The notes under the pieces are model-generated. The model did not search any database, was not told the DNA's origin, and worked only from the letters and a program-made list of their open reading frames with translations. This document shows positions 51,948 to 62,694 of a stretch of 64,000 nt of DNA, piece after piece; positions within the stretch are counted from its first letter, which is position 1; the number at the start of each line of letters is the position of its first letter. This stretch comes from Nitrospirota bacterium (GTDB lineage Bacteria > Nitrospirota > UBA9217): assembly GCA_963737155.1 (NCBI GenBank), contig CAVTRN010000002.1, forward strand, positions 1,024,001-1,088,000. The letters run 5' to 3'. A program made the translations under genes and the position numbers.

Positions 51948-52214
51948 ATGAGACTGATAACAAAGCCTGACGAAGCAAGGCGGCTGGCACGGACGATTCT
52001 TTCGGACATCCTCCTGTACAACCAGGCCAAGGTCAAGGAAGGGATTGAACAGGACAGTCTGTTCGATGTCATGACGGAGGAGCTTGCCGAGGGCAAAAAA
52101 TATTACGAAACCATGGTGGATGAAGGAATCCGTCAAGCCAGCAACTTTTTCAACGAGGCCGTCGTGGACGTCCTCGTCAAGCAAGCAGGCAAATTCAAGT
52201 CCGAAATATGGTGA
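51948..52214 (+). CDS. Conserved small hypothetical protein
   Basis: ARRLARTILSDILLYN...EGI helical pattern, plausible RBS. Confidence 0.75.
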   Translation: MRLITKPDEARRLARTILSDILLYNQAKVKEGIEQDSLFDVMTEELAEGKKYYETMVDEGIRQASNFFNEAVVDVLVKQAGKFKSEIW

Positions 52215-52372
52215 CCTTCGGAGAGAGCAATATCTTTGGCGGTTGGTGAAGGTCGCTGTTCCGCGAACGCTTGTGCGATTTTCACGTACGGTTGAATCTG
52301 ATACCTTATAATTTAGACAGGGCATTCCATTTCCTCCATAACAAAATTCATTTTGCTCAGAAGGAGCCGTTT

Positions 52373-54490
52373 ATGCCGAACGCTGATATCAAGGAAGTCC
52401 GAAACATCGCGATCCTCTCGCACGGCGCAGCAGGAAAAACGTCGCTTGCCGATGCCATGTTGTACACTGGAGGTGCCGTCGATCTCCTGGGAAGCGTAGA
52501 CTCGGGGAACTCCGTGTTCATGCATGAACCGGAGGAAATCGCACGAAAGATTACCATTACTTCGGCCGTCGGGTTTGTAGACTGGAAAGGCGTTCGCATC
52601 AATATTGTCGATACGCCCGGCTATATCAACTTCCTGGAGGAGACGCGGGGCACCCTTCGGGCTGTTGACGGTGCTGTTCTCATTATCTCCGCCATCTCCG
52701 GCGTAAAAGCCGAAACCGAAAAAATCTATAAATTCGCCTGTGACTATGAAGTCCCCCGCGTGGCATTTGTGAGCAAGCTCGACAAGGAACGCGCCGATTT
52801 CTTCCGTGCTGTGGGAGACATGGAAAAGTATTTTTGCAAGAATGCTCTCGTACTGCAGCTCCCCATTGGACTAGAGGATAAGTTTTCCGGAGTCGTTGAC
52901 CTCATTAAAATGAAGGCGCTGATATTTGCCACGGACGGAAGCGGCAAGACTGAGGAAAAGGACATCCCGGCGGCAATGAAGGACGAAGTTGCAACCTATC
53001 GGAAAAAACTGGTGGAGCAGATCGCCGAAACTGAGGACAGCCTACTCGAAAAATATCTGGATAAGGGTGATCTCCCCGAGGAGGATATTATTGCCGGCCT
53101 GAAACACGGCACAGTGGGTGGCGGGCTGCTGCCCGTATTGTGTGGTTCGACGGTAAAAAACATGGGGATCAGCCCACTACTTGACATGATTCTCCTTTGC
53201 CTTCCTTCCCCCGCGGAACGTGCGCGTATTGTGCAGATCAAGGGAACCAACCCCAAAACAGGCAATGAAATAGTACGCAAACCGGTTACCGACGACGGAC
53301 TAGCAGCGCTGGTGTTCAAGACCATTAATGATCCCTTTGCAGGAAAGCTTTCTCTGGTGCGCGTTTTTTCGGGAACACTTAAGGCCGACGCGACAATTTA
53401 TAACGCGTCGCGCCAGGTGAAGGAAAAGGTTGGCTCTCTCTTTATTGTTCAGGGGAAAAAACAAGTGCCAACGCAAATCCTTGCATCAGGACAGATTGGT
53501 GCGATTGCAAAACTCAAAGAAACACTCACAGGCGACACGCTCTGTATTGAGCACGACCCTATTATCCTGGACTTCGCGAAGTTCGCTGATCCGGTCATAT
53601 CCTATGCTATCGCGCCGAGATCCCGGGGGGACGAAGACAAGGTGAGTACAGGAATCCATAAGCTCCTTGAGGAAGATCCAACGCTGAGATTCGCCTATGA
53701 CGAGCAGACCAAGGAAATGGTGCTGTCCGGCATGGGGCAGGTTCACCTCGAAGTGACGCTGGAGAAGCTCAAACGGAAATTCGGCGCCGAAGTGACGATG
53801 AAGACCCCGAAAGTGCCTTACAAGGAAACGATCAGAACCAAGGCAAGCGCCCAGGGAAAATATAAAAAGCAGACCGGCGGTCACGGCCAGTACGGCGATG
53901 CCTGGCTCGAGATCGAGCCCCGCCCGCGCGGCATGGGGTTCGAATTCGTAGACCGGATCGTCGGCGGAGTGATACCCCGTCAGTATATTCCGGCCGTTGA
54001 AAAGGGCGTGATGGAAGCCATGCACGAAGGCATTATTGCCGGCTATCCCATCGTTGATATCAGGGTCACGGTGTATGACGGTTCCTACCACAGTGTTGAT
54101 TCATCGGAAATGGCCTTCAAGGTCGCCGCGTCGATGGCCTTCAAAAAAGCCATGGAGGCAGCAAAGCCCGTTCTTCTTGAGCCGATCATGAGCGTGGAAG
54201 TAGTCGCTCCCGATGACACGCTTGGCGCGGTGATTGGCGACCTGAACTCGCGGCGCGGCAAGGTACAGGGCGTTGTTCCCCAGGCCAACGGCCAGGCAAT
54301 CAAAGCTATGGTGCCGATGTCCGAGATGCTTTCCTATGCGCCTACGCTCAATTCCCTGACAAGCGGACGGGGAATGTATACCATGGAATTTTATGGCTAT
54401 GTAGATGTTCCGAGTCACCTGGCGCAGAAAATCACTCAGGAACGGGCTGCCCAGCACAGCCACGGCAATCACCACGAAAAGGAAAAGTAA
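52373..54490 (+). CDS. fusA: Elongation factor G paralog (EF-G2 type)
   Basis: HGAAGKTS, DTPG, GMGQVHLE, KKQTGGHGQYG, DGSYHSVDSSEMAF; not in an rpsL-rpsG operon. Confidence 0.92.
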   Translation: MPNADIKEVRNIAILSHGAAGKTSLADAMLYTGGAVDLLGSVDSGNSVFMHEPEEIARKITITSAVGFVDWKGVRINIVDTPGYINFLEETRGTLRAVDGAVLIISAISGVKAETEKIYKFACDYEVPRVAFVSKLDKERADFFRAVGDMEKYFCKNALVLQLPIGLEDKFSGVVDLIKMKALIFATDGSGKTEEKDIPAAMKDEVATYRKKLVEQIAETEDSLLEKYLDKGDLPEEDIIAGLKHGTVGGGLLPVLCGSTVKNMGISPLLDMILLCLPSPAERARIVQIKGTNPKTGNEIVRKPVTDDGLAALVFKTINDPFAGKLSLVRVFSGTLKADATIYNASRQVKEKVGSLFIVQGKKQVPTQILASGQIGAIAKLKETLTGDTLCIEHDPIILDFAKFADPVISYAIAPRSRGDEDKVSTGIHKLLEEDPTLRFAYDEQTKEMVLSGMGQVHLEVTLEKLKRKFGAEVTMKTPKVPYKETIRTKASAQGKYKKQTGGHGQYGDAWLEIEPRPRGMGFEFVDRIVGGVIPRQYIPAVEKGVMEAMHEGIIAGYPIVDIRVTVYDGSYHSVDSSEMAFKVAASMAFKKAMEAAKPVLLEPIMSVEVVAPDDTLGAVIGDLNSRRGKVQGVVPQANGQAIKAMVPMSEMLSYAPTLNSLTSGRGMYTMEFYGYVDVPSHLAQKITQERAAQHSHGNHHEKEK

Positions 54491-54660
54491 TTCAGGAACA
54501 GGGAAGGGAATCACACGCGCGGCTGAGCCGCATACAGGGGTTTACACAGGTCAATGCATTCATCGGTGGAGCGAAGACCTGTGTAATCGCCCGCTCCGGT
54601 TCCCGTTTAAGAAACCAGGGGAGTTCCCGCAATTCGCCGATATATTTTTCAGGATAATTC

Positions 54661-55917
54661 ATGTATAGAAAAGATACCCTTGCCAACGGCATACGGGTTG
54701 TTTCTGAAACGCTTCCGAAGTCGAGATCGATCTCCATCGGCGTGTGGGTGAAAGTAGGCTCGCGGCACGAAGCATCGGAGATCGGCGGTGTTTCCCACTT
54801 TATCGAGCACATGTTCTTCAAGGGGACCGAAAAACGGTCAGCCAAGGACATCGCCATCGAGATGGACTCCCTGGGCGGCGAGATGAATGCGTTCACATCG
54901 CAGGAAACGACCACCTACTACGCAAAAGTCGTTGACGAACACCTGCCGGTGGTCATTGAGATACTTGCCGATATCCTTCTCGGGGCGAAATTTGATCCTC
55001 TCGAGATGGAAAAGGAGCGCAAGGTTATCCTCGAGGAGATCAAGGGAGTCGAGGATACGCCCGATGACTACATCCACGAGCTTTTCACAGGCACGGTCTG
55101 GCCCGAAAACTCCCTCGGACGTCCTATCCTCGGGACGAAGGACACGATCCGGGCGCTCAAACACAATGACATCATTTCTTATATCGAGAGCAACTACACC
55201 CCCCGGGAGATCGTGATTTCCGTCGCAGGAAATTTCGAGCATGCACTACTGATCGACCTGCTGAACCTGCACTTCGGAAAACTTGCGCGGCGCGGCGTCC
55301 CCAGGAAAGAGGCGACCCCGGAGTTTACCGCCGCCATTTCGGTGAAGAAAAAGCAGCTCGAACAGGTGCAGCTGTGTATCGGATGCAAGGGCCTGCACTA
55401 TACTCATGACGACCGCTATGTGATATCGGCGCTCAACACCGTGCTCGGCAACAGCATGAGTTCGCGCCTGTTCCAGGAGATCAGAGAACAGAACGCCCTC
55501 GCCTATTCGATCTATTCCTACGCCACCTCCTATCATGATACGGGGCTGCTCACCGTGTATGCTGGGACCGATCCATCAAATGCCCTTGAAGTGGTGCAGC
55601 TCATAATGAAGGAACTGGGGAAGATCAAGGAAGAGGGGATTACGCCGGCGGAAGAGTTGCGGGTCAAGAATCAGCTAAAGGGAAGCCTGATCCTCTCCCT
55701 TGAGAGCAGCAGCAGCCACATGAGCAGACTTGCCCGTCAGGAGATTTACTTCGGAAAGTATCTGTCCATGGATGATATTATCAAAGGCGTGGAGAAGGTC
55801 ACCGCGGAACAGGTGCAACGACTGGCCCGACATCTTTTCAGCCGCGGGAATATTGCTCTCACCATACTCGGGCCTATAAACAGGACTGATGTGCCCGAGT
55901 CAGTACTGGAAATTTAA
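54661..55917 (+). CDS. M16 (pitrilysin-like) zinc peptidase
   Basis: HFIEH inverted zinc motif, NAFTS, E....E, SSRLFQEIRE. Confidence 0.93.
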   Translation: MYRKDTLANGIRVVSETLPKSRSISIGVWVKVGSRHEASEIGGVSHFIEHMFFKGTEKRSAKDIAIEMDSLGGEMNAFTSQETTTYYAKVVDEHLPVVIEILADILLGAKFDPLEMEKERKVILEEIKGVEDTPDDYIHELFTGTVWPENSLGRPILGTKDTIRALKHNDIISYIESNYTPREIVISVAGNFEHALLIDLLNLHFGKLARRGVPRKEATPEFTAAISVKKKQLEQVQLCIGCKGLHYTHDDRYVISALNTVLGNSMSSRLFQEIREQNALAYSIYSYATSYHDTGLLTVYAGTDPSNALEVVQLIMKELGKIKEEGITPAEELRVKNQLKGSLILSLESSSSHMSRLARQEIYFGKYLSMDDIIKGVEKVTAEQVQRLARHLFSRGNIALTILGPINRTDVPESVLEI

Positions 55918-56051
55918 TACAGAAGGGAGTGGATCAGGCCGGACGCTGGTAAAAAACGGGAAAACAGAGGGCAGACAGCTCATGCTGGGAGTTGCGACTG
56001 TCCTTGAAGCTTCCCACCTCCCTGCTGTCTATTCTGCTCTCTATTTTATCC

Positions 56052-56507
56052 ATGTCCAATCACCTTATTGTCCAGATAACTAGGCTTCCCCATGCAGAGG
56101 GCCTTCCCGCACCGCATTATCAGACCGAGCACTCGGCGGGTGTTGACCTTTATGCGGCGGTAGAGCACACCATGACCATCGAGGCGGGGAAATGGTCGCT
56201 GGTGTCTACGGGTATCGCCATTGCAATCCCGGAGGGGCATGAAGGCCAAGTCAGACCCCGCAGCGGTCTTGCGTTGAAGCACGGCATCGGCATGCTGAAT
56301 GCTCCAGGCACGATCGACGCGGACTATCGTGGAGAGATCGGGATTATTCTCTTTAACTTCAGTGAAAAGCCCTTCACCATCCGGCGTGGGGATCGCATTG
56401 CGCAGCTGGTTTTTGCCAGGATCGAAAAAGCCAGGTTCGAAACGGTCGATCAATTGACTGAGACATTACGCGGCACAGGCGGGTTCGGGCATACGGGTAT
56501 ACGATAA
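56052..56507 (+). CDS. dut: dUTP diphosphatase
   Basis: SAGVDL, PRSGLA, GTIDADYRGE, RIAQL, RGTGGFGHTG. Confidence 0.97.
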   Translation: MSNHLIVQITRLPHAEGLPAPHYQTEHSAGVDLYAAVEHTMTIEAGKWSLVSTGIAIAIPEGHEGQVRPRSGLALKHGIGMLNAPGTIDADYRGEIGIILFNFSEKPFTIRRGDRIAQLVFARIEKARFETVDQLTETLRGTGGFGHTGIR

Positions 56508-56554
56508 GAGCGTTCAGATTTCATGGTTGGGATTGGTTACGTATTATCATTTCA

Positions 56555-56744
56555 ATACAACAAGGAAATCTGTGCTTGTGATTCTGATGCTCCCGTCGAT
56601 GACTTCCCTTGCTGCTGAAGTACCCGCGCCTGATAATTCAGTTAACTAGGAGAATATTCAGCGTGTTGCCAGGAAATATCTTTACCGCGGCAATAGGGAG
56701 ATCATTGTTGTGGCGAACCAGGTTAAGACGAAGCTGAAAGATTG
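56555..56744 (+). pseudogene. Collapsed remnant of a secreted M16 peptidase (signal peptide joined to the C-terminal end)
   Basis: TTRKSVLVILMLPSMTSLAAE joined via a frameshift and stop to ENIQRVARKYLYRGNREIIVVANQ. Confidence 0.45.
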
Positions 56745-56816
56745 ATAGACAACAGAAGTCAGACTAATATGCGCAACCCGCCGATATTCTTTAGTCTGTC
56801 ATCTGACTCCTGAATT

Positions 56817-58625
56817 ATGACTTCCATTATCAAAATACTCCCTGATCACGTAGTAAACAAAATCGCAGCCGGCGAGGTGGTAGAGCGGCCAGCGTCGGTT
56901 GTAAAGGAATTGATCGAAAACTCGATAGACTCCGGAGCCACGGAGATTATTGTCGATATCGAACATGCGGGAAGAAGGCTTATCCGGGTAACCGACAACG
57001 GGTGCGGTATGTCGAGAGAGGATGCCCGGACCGCTTTTGTGCGGCATGCCACGAGCAAGATCTCGAGTGATGAAGACCTTGAGGCCATCAGTACGATGGG
57101 ATTCCGGGGGGAGGCGCTAGCGAGCATTGCTTCGGTCTCCCAGGCAAGGATGCTGTCAGGTGTGCGTGGTGCGGACTCTGGCGTCCTGATAGAGATCGAG
57201 GGAGGTTTGGTCAAGATGGTTTCAGACGCCGCCGCGCTTCACGGCACGTCGATCGAAATCGCCCATTTGTTTTACAATACCCCGGCGCGGCTCAAATTTC
57301 TCAAGAGCATGGGCACGGAGTTTTCCCACATAGCGGCCGCGGTCTCGCGACAGGCCATGGCGAACCCCTCACTCCGTTTCAAACTGACTCACAACGCAAA
57401 AACGGTGCTGGATCTTCCGGCATCCGCAAGTGTCAAAGAGCGGGTGTTTCAGCTCTACGGCGCCGAAATAGCAGACAACGTCATGTCTTTCTCCGGCGGC
57501 CGCGATGGCGTCCATGTACACGGGAGCGTTGGCATCCCGTCTTATAGTCGCGCAGATCGCACCTACCAGGACTTTTATGTAAACCGTCGTGCAGTGAAGA
57601 ACCCATCGCTCTCTCACGCGCTCTACGGAGCTTATGGAGGGATGCTCATGCGGGATCGTCACCCCATCGGTTTTATTTTCCTCGACATCGATCCCTCTTT
57701 GGTAGACGTGAACGTGCATCCCGCCAAAGCGGAAGTGCGGTTCCGGAATCAGTCACAGGTTCATGACCTTGTCCGCGAAGCCATCCGGGAGTGTCTACGA
57801 ACCCATGGGATGTCTGTCGGCGAATTGACAGGCTCAGCATACGATCATGCAGAAGGGGTGAAAGATGCTGTGGGGGATTTTTTGAAAACACGGGAAACCG
57901 TTGGCACATTCCTTGAACGAAAGCCCTCGCCGCTGTTCAGTCGACGGAAGAGCGATGGAAGGACGGCGGATATGCAGTGCAAATCCGGGCAGGATTATCG
58001 AAACGCCGATTATCCCGATCCTACCCTGCAAACAGCCATAATTCCGGAGCATGATCTCTTTCCCGTAGCGCAGATTCATTACTCATTCATTATTGCACAG
58101 TCGGCGGAGGGGATGGCAATCATCGATCAGCACGCCGCTCATGAACGGGTATTGTTCGAGAGGCTGCAGAACCAGTTTAGCGATGGGCTTATGTCGATTC
58201 AAAACCTGCTCGTTCCGGAACAGGTGGAACTCGGTCCCGCCCAAAGCGGCCTTTTATCGGAGTACCTGCTTGAACTGAACAATCTCGGATTTATCGTGGA
58301 TGATTTCGGAAATGGCACATTCATGATCAAGGCCGTGCCCGCGCTCCTCGTCGGTGCGGACTACAAGAATTTGCTCCTCGATGTTCTTGATGAAGTGAAT
58401 ATCCATGGAACGAGCGTAAAAATGGAAACGCTCCGCGATGAGGTTCTGAGCGTCATGGCCTGTCACCCGGCAATCAAGGTGCACCGGCGTCTCGATCAGA
58501 AGGAAATGGAAGCGCTCCTTGCCGATCTTTTTAAATGCCGCATGCCTCACACCTGCCCCCACGGCAGACCTACGGTGGTCCGGTTTTCGATGGAGGGAAT
58601 CAAAAAGATGTTCAAACGGATGTAG
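56817..58625 (+). CDS. mutL: DNA mismatch repair endonuclease MutL
   Basis: IAAGEVVERP, GFRGEAL, DVNVHPAK, DQHAAHER, CPHGRP. Confidence 0.98.
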   Translation: MTSIIKILPDHVVNKIAAGEVVERPASVVKELIENSIDSGATEIIVDIEHAGRRLIRVTDNGCGMSREDARTAFVRHATSKISSDEDLEAISTMGFRGEALASIASVSQARMLSGVRGADSGVLIEIEGGLVKMVSDAAALHGTSIEIAHLFYNTPARLKFLKSMGTEFSHIAAAVSRQAMANPSLRFKLTHNAKTVLDLPASASVKERVFQLYGAEIADNVMSFSGGRDGVHVHGSVGIPSYSRADRTYQDFYVNRRAVKNPSLSHALYGAYGGMLMRDRHPIGFIFLDIDPSLVDVNVHPAKAEVRFRNQSQVHDLVREAIRECLRTHGMSVGELTGSAYDHAEGVKDAVGDFLKTRETVGTFLERKPSPLFSRRKSDGRTADMQCKSGQDYRNADYPDPTLQTAIIPEHDLFPVAQIHYSFIIAQSAEGMAIIDQHAAHERVLFERLQNQFSDGLMSIQNLLVPEQVELGPAQSGLLSEYLLELNNLGFIVDDFGNGTFMIKAVPALLVGADYKNLLLDVLDEVNIHGTSVKMETLRDEVLSVMACHPAIKVHRRLDQKEMEALLADLFKCRMPHTCPHGRPTVVRFSMEGIKKMFKRM

Positions 58626-58835
58626 TGAGTCGACCGGCCGCTCAGCAGTTCGGAATGCATATCCTGAAAGAATACCACTGCTTTGCTATAACCTACTCGG
58701 CATCGGTGGAGATTCTGAAATATCCGGCCGACAAGCAGGTGGCCGTCCGGCCCCGTGAAGCTAAGGACGTGATCGAGGAAGACAGCAATCGGGGATAAGG
58801 GTCCTGGCCGCGCAGACGAATGGAATGATACAAAA

Positions 58836-59254
58836 ATGCTCATGGTTTTGTTGATCACACTCAGTCTTGCTATGTTCCTTAGTATCGCTGTTGCGCTACC
58901 GGAATGCCCCGTGACAAACTTCTCAGACAGATGTAGGAGAGAACCGCGCTGCTGATGGTTGCTGTCGGCTCCCAGAGTTAATATGACAGGAACCATGTGC
59001 CGAGAAGTGCATGTCCCTTTTTTTATGAAATCGGCTCGATCCTGCAGAAGTGGGAATTCCTAAAAAAGCCGCTCCTTCTCTACTGCGAATATGGGCCGCG
59101 GGCTGGCATAGCGGCGTTTACGCTCAGGCTCTCCGGCTATGAAAGGATATCTTCTCTTGAGGGACACATGAAAGGCTGGAGGAAGAACAGATTCCGCCGG
59201 GATATAATCGTACTCCAGAGCAGTGCCACACCGTCTCAGGATCAGCTTCGATGA
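58836..59254 (+). pseudogene. Rhodanese-like domain pseudogene
   Basis: MPRDKLLRQM*...GSQS*YDRNHVP, frameshift, then LYCEYGPRA...GY....LEGHMKGW. Confidence 0.65.
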
Positions 59255-59316
59255 TGGGAAGTACCTGCATCATGGAACGCGGAAGGAGGAGCCTGAGCTT
59301 TCTCTGAACCTTTATT

Positions 59317-60264
59317 ATGCAGAACAACAAGCCCATTCTTATCATCGCCGGACCCACCGCGTCCGGCAAAACGGAGGCTTCCCTCCTTCTTGCGCAGGAG
59401 TTCGGCGGCGAGATTGTGAGCGCTGATTCCATGCAGATTTACCGCGGCATGGATATAGGAACTGCAAAGCCGACTCCGGAGCAACGAAAGCTCGTGTATC
59501 ATCACTTGATCGACGTGGTCGAACCCAATCAGCCTTACAGCGTGGGCGACTACCTCCGCGACGCACGCTCGGCCATCAACGGCATCATCGCCTCGGGTGG
59601 CCTGCCTATCATCGTCGGTGGAACGGGGCTCTATATCCGCGCGTTAACGCGCGGGCTGTTCCAAGGGCCTGCAGCCGACCTCGACCTGCGCGAACGGCTA
59701 CTCAATCGTGAAGCGGAAGGGCCAGCCGGTACACTCTATTCCGATCTCGTCAAGGTTGATCCCGAAGTTGCGGTTAGAATCCATCCAAATGATCTCAGGC
59801 GCACGGTCAGGGCGCTCGAAGTGTATTATCTGAGGGACAGGAAATTGTCCGATTTCCAGCGCGAACACGCATTCAATGAGAAGCCATTTCGGTTCCATAT
59901 GGTTTTTCTAGTACGAAGCCGGAGTGAGTTATATCCGCGCATTGAACAGCGCGTAAACCGGATGATCGAAACCGGACTGGAAAACGAGGTAAAGACGCTG
60001 ATGAACCATGGCTACAGCCCGGAGCTGGCCTCGATGCAAGGACTGGGTTATAAACATTTTCTAAACCATTTTCTGGGCAAGACATCTTGGGAAGAAGCCG
60101 TGGCGCTGCTCAAGCGTGATACCAAGCGATATGCCAAGCGTCAGTTTACCTGGTTCCGCCGTGAACCGGACTCCGTCTGGATCGACATCACAGGACTTGC
60201 TCATGCAAGGGAGATTAGTGAACGTATAAAGAAAAGCGTTGAAATTTCAGATAAAGTGGTATAA
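59317..60264 (+). CDS. miaA: tRNA dimethylallyltransferase
   Basis: GPTASGKT, DSMQIY..MDIGTAKP, GGTGLY, YAKRQFTWF. Confidence 0.98.
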   Translation: MQNNKPILIIAGPTASGKTEASLLLAQEFGGEIVSADSMQIYRGMDIGTAKPTPEQRKLVYHHLIDVVEPNQPYSVGDYLRDARSAINGIIASGGLPIIVGGTGLYIRALTRGLFQGPAADLDLRERLLNREAEGPAGTLYSDLVKVDPEVAVRIHPNDLRRTVRALEVYYLRDRKLSDFQREHAFNEKPFRFHMVFLVRSRSELYPRIEQRVNRMIETGLENEVKTLMNHGYSPELASMQGLGYKHFLNHFLGKTSWEEAVALLKRDTKRYAKRQFTWFRREPDSVWIDITGLAHAREISERIKKSVEISDKVV

Positions 60265-60337
60265 GATAAAAAAAATTTTGTTTCGGAGCAGCGGTTGATG
60301 ATTGGACAGTTCGTGACCGTTTCAAGGGAGGGGTTGG

Positions 60338-60604
60338 ATGGGAAAGTCGCAAGTTAATCTTCAGGACATTTTTTTAAACCAGATGCGCAAGGAAAAGATT
60401 CCTGTAACCATGTATCTCGTCAACGGGACGCGGCTCATGGGAACGATCAAGGGCTTCGATAACTTTGTAATACTTCTGAAACAGGAAAACCAACAGCTCG
60501 TGTATAAACACGCCATCTCGACCATCATCCCGGAAAAACCCGTAGAACTTTTAGACAACATGGAATCGAAGAAACCGGAGCAGGAACAGGCAGCACAGGT
60601 TTGA
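60338..60604 (+). CDS. hfq: RNA chaperone Hfq
   Basis: [23 protein letters not shown]. Confidence 0.97.
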   Translation: MGKSQVNLQDIFLNQMRKEKIPVTMYLVNGTRLMGTIKGFDNFVILLKQENQQLVYKHAISTIIPEKPVELLDNMESKKPEQEQAAQV

Positions 60605-60686
60605 CGTCCGGATGCCATCCTATGATCATTTACATTCAACAGTTTAACATTCCTTCTCATATGTGCAAGGGAATAACATAATTTCA

Positions 60687-61580
60687 ATGCCCAAGCGAAG
60701 CGTGCAGGCGAAAAAAATCAGTATCGGTGTTATCGGCGGCAGCGGTCTCTACGAGATAGAAGGCCTGACGGACGTAACGGCCATTAAGGTGTCAACGCCA
60801 TTCGGTAAACCCTCTGATGACTACCTTGTCGGCACGCTCTTTGGACGGCGTGTGGCATTCCTTCCCCGCCATGGCCGCGGCCACCGTATCATGCCCACGG
60901 ACATTAATTATCGCGCCAATATTTACGGCATGAAGAAAATCGGTGTGGAACGGATCATCTCCGTCAGCGCTGTAGGCAGCATGAAGGAAGAAATCGAGCC
61001 CGGACACATCGTCATCCCGGACCAGTTCTATGATCACACTAAACACAGGCGCAGCACTTTCTTCGGCAGCGGTGTGGTAGCCCACGTGGGTATGGCCGAA
61101 CCGGTTTGCCGCGATCTCAGCGCCATCCTGATGGCTGCAGGCGACAAGACGGGGGCCACGGTGCACCGCGGAGGCACCTATCTCTGCATGGAGGGTCCGC
61201 AGTTTTCAACGCGGGCCGAGTCGTTGGCCTACAGGACATGGCGCGTGGATGTTATCGGAATGACAAACGCCACAGAAGCGAAGCTTGCGCGCGAAGCGGA
61301 GATATGTTACAGCACGATTGCCCTGGCCACGGACTACGACTGCTGGCATCACAGCGAAGAGGACGTGACTGTCGAGGCCGTGCTGGCGGTCATGAAAAAA
61401 AACATAGAGACGTCGAAGGCCATGATTCGCGAAGCAGTTAAGATGTTATGCGAGGTCCGGCCCTGCTCATGCGGCGAGGCGCTCCGAAATGCGATTATGA
61501 CGCCGGAAAAACTGATTCCGCTGAAGACGAAGAAGGACCTCGCGCCGATTATCGGGAAATATTTGAAGAAGAAGAAGTAA
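60687..61580 (+). CDS. mtnP: S-methyl-5'-thioadenosine phosphorylase
   Basis: IGGSGLY, FLPRHG, EGPQFSTRAES, GMT, TDYDCW. Confidence 0.95.
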   Translation: MPKRSVQAKKISIGVIGGSGLYEIEGLTDVTAIKVSTPFGKPSDDYLVGTLFGRRVAFLPRHGRGHRIMPTDINYRANIYGMKKIGVERIISVSAVGSMKEEIEPGHIVIPDQFYDHTKHRRSTFFGSGVVAHVGMAEPVCRDLSAILMAAGDKTGATVHRGGTYLCMEGPQFSTRAESLAYRTWRVDVIGMTNATEAKLAREAEICYSTIALATDYDCWHHSEEDVTVEAVLAVMKKNIETSKAMIREAVKMLCEVRPCSCGEALRNAIMTPEKLIPLKTKKDLAPIIGKYLKKKK

Positions 61581-61688
61581 TCCATTTCATTTGCGGCGCT
61601 GGGAGAGGTTCAGTACCGGAATTTATGGTTTTTCCCGGGGCCGTCTCTCCGTTCTCTGTAATGAGATGAATTGATCTGGAGGTATTTC

Positions 61689-62597
61689 GTGAGTCTTCTT
61701 GTTGTTGGTACCGTCGCTCTGGATTCGGTAAAAACCCCTTTTGGGAATGTTGACAGCGCTCTCGGCGGTTCAGCTACGTATTTTTCCACCTCAGCCAGTT
61801 ATTTCACGGATGTCAGGCTTGTTGCGGTCATCGGCGAAGACTTCCCACGTGAACACATTCAGTTTCTAAAAAGCAAGAGCATCGACACACGCGGCTTGGA
61901 GGTTCAGAAGGGAGAGACTTTCCGCTGGAAGGGTGAATATGGGTACGATCTGAATGAAGCCCACACCCTTGCGACGCACCTGAATGTCCTGGCAACATTT
62001 AAACCGACGATTGCAGACGACTACAAGAACTCTGATGTTGTGTTCCTGGCGAATGTGGATCCCGAAATTCAGCTTGATGTCCTAAGACAGGTCAAGAAAC
62101 CCAAACTCGTGGCCTGCGATACGATGAACTACTGGATTTCGAGCAAGCCCGATGCACTTAGACGGATCCTGCAAGAAGTTAACCTGCTGACTATCAACGA
62201 AGCGGAAATCAGACAACTTGCCGGCGAGGCAAGCCTCGTCAAAGCAGCAAAGTGCGTGCAGGCCATGGGTCCGAAAACGGTCGTGGTCAAACAGGGCAGC
62301 TATGGTGCGCTCATGTTCAACGGGCACAGCGTGTTCAGCGCGCCAGCCTACCCGCTCGAATCTGTTTTCGATCCCACTGGTGCCGGCGACACCTTCGCCG
62401 GCGGCTTCATGGGATACCTCGCAAGCACGATGAACTTCACTGAAGACAGCATGCGAAAAGCCGTCATCTTCGGCAGCGTAATGGCGTCATTGAATGTGGA
62501 AGCCTTCAGCCTGGATCGATTGCGAAGCCTCGATTACCAGGAAATCGAGGGCAGGTATCGTGAGTTCAAGAAACTCACTCATTTCGAAGATATCTGA
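61689..62597 (+). CDS. PfkB-family carbohydrate/nucleoside kinase
   Basis: GGSATY, INEAE, DPTGAGDTFAGG. Confidence 0.93.
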   Translation: MSLLVVGTVALDSVKTPFGNVDSALGGSATYFSTSASYFTDVRLVAVIGEDFPREHIQFLKSKSIDTRGLEVQKGETFRWKGEYGYDLNEAHTLATHLNVLATFKPTIADDYKNSDVVFLANVDPEIQLDVLRQVKKPKLVACDTMNYWISSKPDALRRILQEVNLLTINEAEIRQLAGEASLVKAAKCVQAMGPKTVVVKQGSYGALMFNGHSVFSAPAYPLESVFDPTGAGDTFAGGFMGYLASTMNFTEDSMRKAVIFGSVMASLNVEAFSLDRLRSLDYQEIEGRYREFKKLTHFEDI

Positions 62598-62694
62598 CAG
62601 AAAGTTCAATATTCACGGTTCAGGTTTTAATGAAAACATCAGGACCATGAATCGGGGTACCTTCCTCGAAAGTGTTTGCACTTTTACGTGAATC

